57,358 bases of DNA from Patescibacteria group bacterium (GCA_040388985.1 JAZKAU010000001.1:1-57358), one strand, 5' to 3'; positions 16,837 to 24,925 are shown, numbered from the stretch's first letter. Program-made: numbers and translations. Notes: generated by a model not told the origin, from the letters alone.

Positions 16837-16903
16837 TTGGGAGACCATCAATGGTATATCAGCTGCTTCGCAGCAGGAAAGCGACCTTTGAAGTAATCCT
16901 AGA
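16837..16903 (+). pseudogene. Degenerate partial copy of the tRNA-Gln 5' two-thirds, abutting the true gene
   Basis: 16837-16856 matches 16905-16924 at 17 of 20 positions (acceptor 5' strand plus D arm). GCGACCTTTGAAG (16881-16893) matches GCGGCCTTTGAAG (16931-16943), the anticodon arm. A 24-nt hairpin-containing insert lies between them. There is no T-arm 3' half or acceptor 3' strand. Confidence 0.6.
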
Positions 16904-16905
16904 AT

Positions 16906-16976
16906 TGGGAGATCGTCTAATGGTAGGACAGCGGCCTTTGAAGCCGTGAATCTAGGTTCGATCCCTAGTCTCCCAG
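16906..16976 (+). tRNA. tRNA-Gln: tRNA-Gln (anticodon UUG)
   Basis: Acceptor TGGGAGA/TCTCCCA with a U1-A72 pair, anticodon stem GCGGC/GCCGT with loop CTTTGAA, T arm CTAGG-TTCGATC-CCTAG, discriminator G. Confidence 0.9.
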
Positions 16977-17140
16977 CAAATAAAGTGCGTGAGCAATTTT
17001 TTGCTGGGAGAAGTAAGCGTGGGGCGCTTACGGCTAGGGATCGAAGACCTTGTGAGCATTTTCTGAGTCCTCAAAGAAAATACACAAGGTGTACTGATCC
17101 TGTAAGGATCGAAGCGTAGTCGCGGCCCTAGTCTCCCAGC
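16977..17140 (+). repeat. tRNA-Gln-linked palindromic module
   Basis: A 12-bp hairpin pairs 16969-16980 with 17000-17011 and uses the acceptor 3' strand. A second hairpin is at 17013-17031. CTAGGGATCGAA (17034-17045) is the reverse complement of the tRNA T-loop and stem (16957-16968). An ~80-nt core follows. The 15-nt direct repeat CCCTAGTCTCCCAGC occurs at 16963-16977 and 17126-17140. Confidence 0.7.
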
Positions 17141-17193
17141 TAACAATAGTATGCAAACAGAAAGCCCACCGGAGCGGGATTTCCGCCGATGGG

Positions 17194-17499
17194 CTAGATC
17201 GGTACTTCCGGCTCGTTATCGAAGAGCTGAACCCAGCCGAAGAATGCGCGTTTTTCGAAACGATTATTCTTGGTCGTGCCGGACTTGACCCTAAGGTCGA
17301 GTGCATTGGGAATAATGCGCGCAGAATCGAGCGATACGAAATCGTCGCCGAATTGCCTTTGCGCCATCGCCCTGATTCGCGGAAGGAGCTCCTGAATCCG
17401 CTGATTGTCTGCTGGTGGGCTATCCCATGTCTCCGTCCTGATGAGATATCCAGAAGAACCGTCCTTCCGATTGCCATCGTACTCAACAACGATTTTCAT
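17194..17499 (-). CDS. Hypothetical protein (101 aa)
   Basis: The ATG at 17499 is preceded by GGAAGG. No recognisable domain. This is the first gene of the A+T-richer island. Confidence 0.5.
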   Translation of the reverse strand: MKIVVEYDGNRKDGSSGYLIRTETWDSPPADNQRIQELLPRIRAMAQRQFGDDFVSLDSARIIPNALDLRVKSGTTKNNRFEKRAFFGWVQLFDNEPEVPI

Positions 17500-17688
17500 G
17501 AGAACCCTTCCGATTTGAGAAACTAAGGATTCGAGCGAACCCAAGGACATAATACACTTTTGCTACTGCTTAGAAAGGTTCCAATATCGTCCCAGTACGG
17601 GTAGCCGTAGTTGAGATAACTACGGACATATAGGTTCCAACGTTGTCCCACACTGCCAGGCGGAATCGGAAATGGTACTGTAGACATA

Positions 17689-18366
17689 ATGAATACCCCA
17701 TCGATAGTTCCCTATACTGAACGGCTTACCTTGCTCGAATGCCGTCATGAATACGATGAGGTCTTTACCTATATATTCAAGCCAATGAATCCAGTCTCAT
17801 TCACGGCCGGAGAATACGCGCATGTCCGCCTGCTGAACCTTTCCGAAGACATACGGCGCGTACGCGAGTTCTCATTCGCATCTTCTCCGCAGGAATCGGA
17901 GGTCTGGTTTGCTGTCGATGGGAGATCGAAGAGCGAATATCAGCAGGCGTTGCGATCGCTTGCTCCTGGAGATGAGATCGAGATATTCAAGATAAAAGGG
18001 CACATGACCTGGCCGCCTCCCTCTCGTGATGTCGTGATGATCGCAAACGGAGTGGGTGCAGCACCATTCCGCTCGATGCTCCTGGACAAAGTTGAAAGGA
18101 ATCTCTCACTCACAACTACTCTTATAAGCGTGGCGCGGGAATCATTCCTGTATATGGATGAGTTCAGGAATCTTGCCGGAACGTATCTCCCGATACGGCG
18201 CGACCAGCTGGCCGAAACGCTTGAGGAGATTACGGACGAGCATCCGGGTGCTCACTACTGTGTCGCCGGTTCGAGCGATTTCGTACTAGACGTCGTACAG
18301 ACACTTTCAGACAAAGGCATCGTCCGAGTCGAGAGCGATGAATTCAAGGGTCTGCTTAGGGAATAA
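17689..18366 (+). CDS. FNR-like FAD/NAD(P)-binding oxidoreductase
   Basis: RxFS-type FAD motif (VREFSFASSP) and an NAD-binding glycine motif (MIANGVGAAPFRSML). Confidence 0.65.
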   Translation: MNTPSIVPYTERLTLLECRHEYDEVFTYIFKPMNPVSFTAGEYAHVRLLNLSEDIRRVREFSFASSPQESEVWFAVDGRSKSEYQQALRSLAPGDEIEIFKIKGHMTWPPPSRDVVMIANGVGAAPFRSMLLDKVERNLSLTTTLISVARESFLYMDEFRNLAGTYLPIRRDQLAETLEEITDEHPGAHYCVAGSSDFVLDVVQTLSDKGIVRVESDEFKGLLRE

Positions 18367-18458
18367 TAAATAGTGACTTACTCCGTTTCCGTAGAAAAGT
18401 TCCAACCTTGTCCCACACAGTCAGCGGGTCTTCAGTCGAATTAACTATACTTAAAAGT

Positions 18459-18797
18459 ATGATCTTTTCTTACTTCTTGGTCACGTATTCGCTTACCATT
18501 GTTCTTTCTAGAGTCTGGCTGTGGTTCGTGCCTCGACACGCACCACAGATCGGAAACTTTCAGTGGCACCACTGGATGACAGGCGTCCTCCTGATTGTCG
18601 TGTATCTTATATATCCAAATCTATTCTTACTTGCTATTGGTGCCGCATTGATTGTTGATCAGATTCCTCTGTTCTTTATCTTCAAAGGACTTAATTGGCC
18701 CGATGATTGTTGGAAAGAGTATCAATCAGTGTCTTCTACGATAGGGACTTTCCTCGTGTCTCTGATTGTTATGGTTGTATATTTATCAATAGCATAG
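18459..18797 (+). CDS. Hypothetical integral membrane protein (about 4 TM segments)
   Basis: Strongly hydrophobic 112-aa product. The ATG at 18459 is preferred, because the TTG at 18408 lies inside the intergenic motif. Confidence 0.55.
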   Translation: MIFSYFLVTYSLTIVLSRVWLWFVPRHAPQIGNFQWHHWMTGVLLIVVYLIYPNLFLLAIGAALIVDQIPLFFIFKGLNWPDDCWKEYQSVSSTIGTFLVSLIVMVVYLSIA

Positions 18798-18859
18798 CGA
18801 AGGAGAGTTCCAACCTTGTCCCACACTGCCAGCAAGTTAAATTTGATATACTTCTCAAC

Positions 18860-19405
18860 ATGAAAGTAATCCTGTTTGGTGACAGTATGCTTGCCCGATT
18901 CGGTAAAGAGCGTCTCCAAAAACTAGAATCAATGGTGCCGGAAGGTGATTTCTACAACTGTGCTACAGGCGGTTGGGATAGTAATGACTGCGCTATGAAG
19001 GCCCCATATATTGCATCCCTTAAGCCAGACGCGGTCGTCATCTCCGTAGGCACGAATGATGCCTCGCCTTGGAAACAAGTCCCGCTAGAGATTTTTAGAA
19101 ACAACCTATTGAACATTCGCGATAGCTTTAAGGATTCGAAAGTCATTTTCTTTCCACCACCTCCTGTCAACGAAGATAAACAAGCAGGTGAGTTGATAAG
19201 GAGCAACGAATTGATGCAGCAGTATTCCTCCGCTGTAAAAGATGTGTCTTCAAGTGCGGCTGTCGCGTGTATCGACTCGTGGGCAATATTTAGCTCACTT
19301 CTTGAACAAGGTCAGGACTACCATGTTGAGGATGGAGTACATCTCAACGATAATGGGAATGACCTGCTGACTGATCAGCTAGCGGAGGCGCTGAGTTCGA
19401 AATAG
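18860..19405 (+). CDS. SGNH/GDSL-family hydrolase
   Basis: Block I FGDSM, block III GTNDAS, block V DGVHLN. The ATG at 18860 is preferred over the ORF-track start at 18707. Confidence 0.8.
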   Translation: MKVILFGDSMLARFGKERLQKLESMVPEGDFYNCATGGWDSNDCAMKAPYIASLKPDAVVISVGTNDASPWKQVPLEIFRNNLLNIRDSFKDSKVIFFPPPPVNEDKQAGELIRSNELMQQYSSAVKDVSSSAAVACIDSWAIFSSLLEQGQDYHVEDGVHLNDNGNDLLTDQLAEALSSK

Positions 19406-19487
19406 GGTCCCACGTTGTCCCATACGGTAAGCAAACTGAATGTGCGTAAAATATTATTGAGCTTTAGGAAGTTGTATAATCGTACAT

Positions 19488-19916
19488 ATGACGACCCTAA
19501 ACCCTTGGATTAATTTTAATGGCAATGCTGAAGAAGCTTTTAATTTTTACAAGTCAGTCTTTGGCGGCGATTTCAAGAAGATAATCCGCCTCAAAGATCT
19601 TGCCAGTTCTGAGTTCCCGGTTTCGGAAGAAGACGCAAATAAGATACTGCAGATCGTCTTGCCCATAGGTGACTCGAATACATTAATCGGAAATGACGTA
19701 CCCAACTTCATGGGAAAGGTGAGTGAGAATGAGAACAGGAGTAAGGTCCACGTTGCGACCAGCAGCAAAGAAGAAGCTGAGAGGATATTCAACGGTCTTT
19801 CCGTGGGAGCAGATGTAGAGATGCCGATCGGTGAGAGTGCGTGGGGAACCTACTTCGCTATGTTCAGGGACGTGTACGGTATTGAATGGGTCATAGAATT
19901 TGATCCAAGTAACTAA
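19488..19916 (+). CDS. VOC (glyoxalase/PhnB-like) family protein
   Basis: The N-terminus NPWINFNGNAEEAFNFYKSVFGG and the C-terminal WGTYFAMFRDVYGIEW are typical of PhnB-like VOC proteins. Confidence 0.7.
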   Translation: MTTLNPWINFNGNAEEAFNFYKSVFGGDFKKIIRLKDLASSEFPVSEEDANKILQIVLPIGDSNTLIGNDVPNFMGKVSENENRSKVHVATSSKEEAERIFNGLSVGADVEMPIGESAWGTYFAMFRDVYGIEWVIEFDPSN

Positions 19917-19975
19917 GGTCACGCTTATTCCAATATCCTCCCGTGCTGCCGGCCAAGGATGCTAGGATAGGCGTA

Positions 19976-20800
19976 ATGATTGAAGCAATCCCACAGCCTC
20001 AGAAGGAAGAGAACGCTTCTCTGCCGTCTCTGGGAACGGTCGAGCAACTCCTCTCCGAGGAGTTGCGTGGAGCAGAACAAGATCTGGCAATAATAGGCGA
20101 ATCTTTGCGAGCATTTGCGAGGCTCGTAGAAGCAGAGCGTCCTGATGTTCTTGTCTTTCTTGACGTCAGTGTCCGTATCTTCGGTACTCCCTACCTGAAA
20201 TACTTTTCTGAGAGAATGGGAAGAGGTGCTCCCTCGATCCGCTTTTACAATGATCATAATTTGAAGGGCGCCTTTCTGGGATATACGCCTCTAGATCCTA
20301 TAGTTCAGAATGACTTCGAATCACTGAAGGGCAAGAAGGTATTCTTTGTTGACGAGACCTTTTCCGAAGGAAAAGGCGCGCTAGCACTGCTTGAAGCTTC
20401 GTCACGGGCTGGAATCGCGGCTCGCTATATTGCTCTTACTAAAGATCCTGAGCCTCCTTCAAGTAAGATCCTAAATGAGGAGGATGAGATTCTTGTTGAA
20501 CAAGATATAGAGGACGGGAATATTATTATTTACGATCATCCTATTCATAATCTTTTCTCTCGATACGGCAGCAGACTCTACGTTAAAGAGGAAGTGGAAG
20601 GCAAGACTCGTCCCATGCAGGTTTCTCGAGAGAAGGCGACGGCCGCTAGTAGTATCCCTCATGCAGATAGCTATAGTGTGCCCCCAGAAGGCATGTCGAG
20701 TGAAGAGTACCAATTAGCTGTTTCAGCGAAATTCGATGCTAGCGTTAGGGATTTGAAAGAAAAGATCTATCAAACACTTAAGGCTGAAGAGGGCGTATAA
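19976..20800 (+). CDS. Phosphoribosyltransferase-like protein
   Basis: PRPP-loop-like KKVFFVDETFSEGKG, preceded by VLVFLDVSVRIFGTPY. The call is weak. The ATG at 19976 is preferred, because the GTG at 19943 lies inside the intergenic motif. Confidence 0.45.
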   Translation: MIEAIPQPQKEENASLPSLGTVEQLLSEELRGAEQDLAIIGESLRAFARLVEAERPDVLVFLDVSVRIFGTPYLKYFSERMGRGAPSIRFYNDHNLKGAFLGYTPLDPIVQNDFESLKGKKVFFVDETFSEGKGALALLEASSRAGIAARYIALTKDPEPPSSKILNEEDEILVEQDIEDGNIIIYDHPIHNLFSRYGSRLYVKEEVEGKTRPMQVSREKATAASSIPHADSYSVPPEGMSSEEYQLAVSAKFDASVRDLKEKIYQTLKAEEGV

Positions 20801-20901
20801 CGGCTCCAGTATCGCCTGCACCCTAATTTGTCGAGGATAAACAGATCCGGCAATTCCGGACTACGAATGTACAGGGACAAGAATAGTGCTATCGTTTAGG
20901 C

Positions 20902-21648
20902 ATGGCTGAACCTCTTCCAGCGAACGCATTCTTTGATATAAATAAGCTTCCTTCTGAAAAAGGACTGCTTTTGTTCGGTCTTTCGATGAATAAGCTTTTC
21001 TTACGCCAGAGCCCCGAACACTGTGTAGAGGACATTCGACACTTTCACACAGCAAAAGTATCCAAGCCGCTTATCGGCCTGAATTTTATCTACAGTGAAT
21101 TCCTATATCTATACAGCGACAAGCCGGCCCCGGAGTTGAAAGACTCCTTTATGAACCAGATCATTAGTCACAAGAATGGCCTGCAGAATATTCTCGGAAA
21201 GAACAACCTGGATTTCCAGATTCAGCATGCCTTTAACTATATGGCGTGGGCCCAGCTATATGTCGGGACCAAAGACTTTAATCAGCTATTTGCGTCTTTG
21301 AAAAAAATATACGCCACAGACGAACTATTTCAGAGATACATCAAGGAAGACAGTGAGGCATACGGCAGAGAGATGGGAGACAATCAAGTGAATTTCTTTT
21401 TGGAAGAGATTCTCATGTTTCACCTGCTTACCAAGAACCAGGTGAAGCTTCCGAACGAATATATCGAAGGCCAGCAGAAGTGGATACTATACTGCTATCC
21501 TGGCCGTCCGCTCAAGAGTACCGTCTATATGTATCAACTGAATCCCTTTAAGCTCGATTGGAAGGATAACCCGTATCAGAACGCTCACTTTGATCTGGAA
21601 GCCAAGCAACTCATTGAATTTGATAGGGTAGATTTAGAGACCTACTAG
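20902..21648 (+). CDS. Hypothetical protein (248 aa); weak motif-level resemblance to cyclodipeptide synthases
   Basis: LLLFGLSMNKLF (aa 22-33), NFFLEEILMF (aa 164-173) and ILYCYPGRP (aa 195-203) fall at spacings reminiscent of the CDPS Ser / Tyr-x3-Glu / Tyr motifs. See the findings. Confidence 0.6.
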   Translation: MAEPLPANAFFDINKLPSEKGLLLFGLSMNKLFLRQSPEHCVEDIRHFHTAKVSKPLIGLNFIYSEFLYLYSDKPAPELKDSFMNQIISHKNGLQNILGKNNLDFQIQHAFNYMAWAQLYVGTKDFNQLFASLKKIYATDELFQRYIKEDSEAYGREMGDNQVNFFLEEILMFHLLTKNQVKLPNEYIEGQQKWILYCYPGRPLKSTVYMYQLNPFKLDWKDNPYQNAHFDLEAKQLIEFDRVDLETY

Positions 21649-21670
21649 CGCCAATAGCTATATTGAAAGC

Positions 21671-22513
21671 ATGAAGAACTGGCTGGTAACCGGAGGAGAG
21701 GGATTCATCGGAGGAAGGATCGCTAGGGCGACGGGTGCGACGTTATACGACCTGAAATCGGCTAAGGATATTCTCGATACTCAGGAGCTGCTTCAGGCCT
21801 GTGGAGATGTCGACGGGATATTCCACTGCGCGGCCAAGATAAGCGTTCCTGAGAGCTTCCGAGAACCGGAGGAATATCACCTCCATAACGTTCAAGGTAC
21901 GGCGAGCGTTACCCGGGCCGCAAAAGCTAGGAATGCCAAGGTAGTCTTCTCTAGCAGCGCTGCGGTATATGGCGAATCTGATACGCCGGTCCGAGAAACA
22001 GATGCGCTTCACCCGATGTCGCCCTATGCGCAGAATAAGAAGGATGGTGAAGCGCTATTGAAGGAATCAGGAATTCCGTACGCTGTTCTGCGGTATTTCA
22101 ATGTGTACGGCCCTGGCCAATCTGCGGCCTATGCGGGAGTCATTACCATGTTCATTCATAGCGCGCTCAGGAATGAAGATCTTGTCATCTATGGCGACGG
22201 CACCCAGGTGCGCGACTTCGTATATGTCGACGACGTGGTCGCGGCTAATATAAGAGCGATGGAATCAGAGGGCATCTCAGGAGAGACCTTCAATATCGGA
22301 AGCGGAACGATGACTTCTATAGGGCAGCTCGCCGAAGAGATCATCAGGCTTACCGGTTCAGGATCCAGGATTACCTACAAGTCTGCGCGTGAAGGAGATA
22401 TCGTGTACTCCCAGGCTGACGTTTCAATGGCTACGAATATCCTGAATTGGAAGGCATCGGTATCGCTTACGGAAGGGTTGGAGCGAACGATCGAGTCATA
22501 TAGAGATGTGTAA
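21671..22513 (+). CDS. NAD-dependent epimerase/dehydratase (SDR family)
   Basis: VTGGEGFIGGRI Rossmann motif and a YxxxK motif (SPYAQNKKD). Confidence 0.85.
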   Translation: MKNWLVTGGEGFIGGRIARATGATLYDLKSAKDILDTQELLQACGDVDGIFHCAAKISVPESFREPEEYHLHNVQGTASVTRAAKARNAKVVFSSSAAVYGESDTPVRETDALHPMSPYAQNKKDGEALLKESGIPYAVLRYFNVYGPGQSAAYAGVITMFIHSALRNEDLVIYGDGTQVRDFVYVDDVVAANIRAMESEGISGETFNIGSGTMTSIGQLAEEIIRLTGSGSRITYKSAREGDIVYSQADVSMATNILNWKASVSLTEGLERTIESYRDV

Positions 22514-22609
22514 GGCTCGGGCTGATAGAAATACAGAGTGTTCGGCATAGCCGGCCGTTATCACCTACGACCGCTTGGTCTTTAGTGCTGACTAGGTCAT
22601 GCTATAGCT

Positions 22610-23059
22610 ATGAATAGGACCACCATATTCGTCATTCTTGTTCTGGTAGTCGTGCTGGCCTTTCTAGCCGTTTTCTATCTCAAACCATTATCCATCGCGG
22701 CGGGTACGGCCACGAGCACGGCGCCTGCAGCTCTACCTATCAAGACGACTACGGCAACGACTGCTACGACTTCGAGCGCCAATCTCGGCACGTATGCATA
22801 CGAATGCGACGAGCACGTGATATTCCTCATGACTCCGGCAGCTGATATGAGCACCCTGAAGATCGCGCCGCTTACAGGCGCCTATCCTCCTTCCAGCACG
22901 CTTATACGCAAGACATCTTCAAGCGGCGTGAGATATGAAGGTAAAGGAGTAATCTTTACGGCTCATGGCGAAACGGTGACGCTTGGTGAGGGTGACTCAG
23001 CTATCAATTGTTCTCCGGTGGGGAATCCAGATTCTGCTCCTTTCAACTTTGGCGACTAA
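22610..23059 (+). CDS. Membrane-anchored MliC-like (C-type lysozyme inhibitor-like) protein
   Basis: N-terminal TM segment, Thr/Ala-rich linker, then YECDEH..SGVRYEG..TLGEGDSAINCSP, which fits the MliC pattern of two Cys residues flanking SG-x-RY. Confidence 0.5.
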   Translation: MNRTTIFVILVLVVVLAFLAVFYLKPLSIAAGTATSTAPAALPIKTTTATTATTSSANLGTYAYECDEHVIFLMTPAADMSTLKIAPLTGAYPPSSTLIRKTSSSGVRYEGKGVIFTAHGETVTLGEGDSAINCSPVGNPDSAPFNFGD

Positions 23060-23237
23060 AGACCTCTGAAATTCCTCGATCTACCGCGTTGCTTTCGTCG
23101 TTCAAGACCTCACGTACGCCCCTATTTACTTACGAGTCATCGAGTTAGTAAATAGGAAGTGCCCTCGGGGTTCGACTGAGTACGACTCGGTCTCTCGCTC
23201 CTCAGCGCTTTGTATATCGAGTTTTTCAAAGGTCTTT
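23058..23237 (+). repeat. Long imperfect-palindrome element (long variant) overlapping the stop of the MliC-like gene
   Basis: Outer arms 23058-23084 and 23212-23237. Central hairpin CCTATTTACT (23121-23130) with AGTAAATAGG (23147-23156). There are three compensatory base-pair changes relative to copy 14143-14325. Confidence 0.8.
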
Positions 23238-23436
23238 CCGGAGAGCTTTCTCGAAGTGATATTCCAAAGCGCGCGCAGGCAAGGTAGTATCTGCATATGC
23301 CCAGTAGGATAACTTCGAATCGATTTCTTTTTGCGCCATATTTTTATGGTGAGATATATTCTGTTATTTTAGCGCGACATAATTTAGCAGCCTGCCTCGA
23401 GAAATCAGGCGCAATTTGAAGTTATACTAACCGGGT

Positions 23437-24333
23437 ATGAATGCTGAGTCAGAGTTCCAAGTGCTTCTTTTCTATAAGTACGTGACGGTGGAAGACCCGG
23501 AAGCGCTTGCGGCGTGGGTCCGCACACGCGCGACAGGGCTCGGCCTTACCGGCCGGGTAATCATCGCCGAGGAGGGCGTAAATGCTACGCTTGAGGGAAC
23601 GGTTGAGGATACAGAATCTTTCATACAGGAATTTAAGAACGACGAGCGCTTCAGCGACATGTCAGTGAAGCGCAGTGGCGGTACCGGTACCTCATTCCCG
23701 AAGCTTTCAGTAAAGGTGCGTCCTGAGATAGTCGGTACGCGCTTCCCGAAGGAAACGGCAGACCCGCGCGTACGCACAGCGCCTCGTATCACAGCCGGGG
23801 AGCTACGGGCCAAGTACGAGAATCAGGAAGACTTCGTGGTCGTCGATATGCGTAACGACTACGAATACCGTTCGGGGCATTTCAAGGGCGCGATAAATCC
23901 GGAACTTGAAGCCTCGCGCGATCTTCCGCAGGCTCTGCCTAAGCTTGAACCATATAAGCACAAGAAGGTGATTACGGTGTGCACCGGCGGCATCCGCTGC
24001 GAGAAGATGTCGGCGTTCTTGCTGAGTCATGGGTTCGAGGACGTGGAGCAGCTGGAAGACGGCATACACGGCTATATGGAGAAATATCCGGGGCAAGATT
24101 TCGTCGGCACGCTCTATACCTTTGACCAACGACTTACGATGGACTTCGGCGGCGCGCGCGTAGTGGTGGGGCGTTGCTATCTCTGTGAGAATCCGACCGA
24201 GCTCTATGTGAACTGCGCAAACGACGCGTGTCACCTTCATTTCCTTGCCTGCGACGCGTGCCAGGAGGACACGGGTACGTTCTGTGGAGAGGCGTGCCGA
24301 AAGACAGCTCAAGCTATTCTTACCTATGGATAG
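23437..24333 (+). CDS. trhO: Rhodanese-domain tRNA uridine(34) hydroxylase (UPF0176/YceA family)
   Basis: LLFYKY..GRVIIAEEGVNATLEG, the rhodanese active-site loop CTGGIRCEK, and a C-terminal Cys cluster. Confidence 0.8.
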   Translation: MNAESEFQVLLFYKYVTVEDPEALAAWVRTRATGLGLTGRVIIAEEGVNATLEGTVEDTESFIQEFKNDERFSDMSVKRSGGTGTSFPKLSVKVRPEIVGTRFPKETADPRVRTAPRITAGELRAKYENQEDFVVVDMRNDYEYRSGHFKGAINPELEASRDLPQALPKLEPYKHKKVITVCTGGIRCEKMSAFLLSHGFEDVEQLEDGIHGYMEKYPGQDFVGTLYTFDQRLTMDFGGARVVVGRCYLCENPTELYVNCANDACHLHFLACDACQEDTGTFCGEACRKTAQAILTYG

Positions 24334-24925
24334 GCCGATCGCGCTTGGTAGGCTCCGAGAGTTCATGCGCTTTATTACAGCCTTCGGCAAGGTCGAGCGC
24401 GCGTACTATATTCCAGCAACTGACCGAAAGGAGAATGACCTGGAGCATACTTGCAGTCTTGCGCTCATGGCGTGGTTCATACTTTCTGGCAACAACTCGT
24501 CGCTTGATACCGGACGGGTACTGAAATATGCGCTTGCGCACGACCTGGTAGAAGTGTTTGCCGGAGATACCTATATCTATACTACCGACAAAGAGCATCT
24601 GGACGGTAAGCCAGGTAGGGAATTAGCTGCAGCAGAACAGATCGCCCGTGACTTCCCGGAATTTGCCGACCTACATCCGTACGTGCTGGGCTACATGAAG
24701 CGCGAGGACGCTGAAAGTCGTTTCGTCTACGCCCTTGATAAGATACTTCCGATATTCTCGATCCATGATGACGAGGGAAGGATGTGGAAGGAGAATAAGG
24801 TCAAGCTACAGATGCTCATCGATAATAAGGCGTCAAAGGTCGCTCTGTCTCCGGAAATCGAACCGTACTTCGCTGAGCTGGTGGAGCTCCTTACCTTGGA
24901 AGAGGAGAAGATGTTCGGTGCATAG
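24326..24925 (+). CDS. HD-domain phosphohydrolase (YfbR-like 5'-deoxynucleotidase type)
   Basis: ENDLEHTCSLAL and AHDLVEVFAGDT (H..HD..D pattern). The ATG overlaps the trhO stop by 8 nt. Confidence 0.6.
   Translation: MDRPIALGRLREFMRFITAFGKVERAYYIPATDRKENDLEHTCSLALMAWFILSGNNSSLDTGRVLKYALAHDLVEVFAGDTYIYTTDKEHLDGKPGRELAAAEQIARDFPEFADLHPYVLGYMKREDAESRFVYALDKILPIFSIHDDEGRMWKENKVKLQMLIDNKASKVALSPEIEPYFAELVELLTLEEEKMFGA

Larger units (their letters stand above)
17577..20823 (+). repeat. Seven direct copies of a 22-30-nt intergenic motif (approximately GTTCCAAC-N-TTGTCCCACACTGCCAG)
   Basis: Copies at 17577-17600, 17633-17660, 18398-18427, 18806-18833, 19405-19432, 19927-19952 and 20802-20823, all in the same orientation. 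The last five begin 31, 8, 0 (1-nt overlap with the stop), 10 and 1 nt after the stop codon of the preceding gene. Confidence 0.75.

Noticed and set aside
17577-20823. A classical integron (attC sites plus intI)
   Set aside because: The ~26-nt motif is not an imperfect hairpin of attC size. I could not find R''/L''-L'/R' symmetry. No tyrosine recombinase gene is present in the window. It is retained only as 'cassette-like' in the findings.
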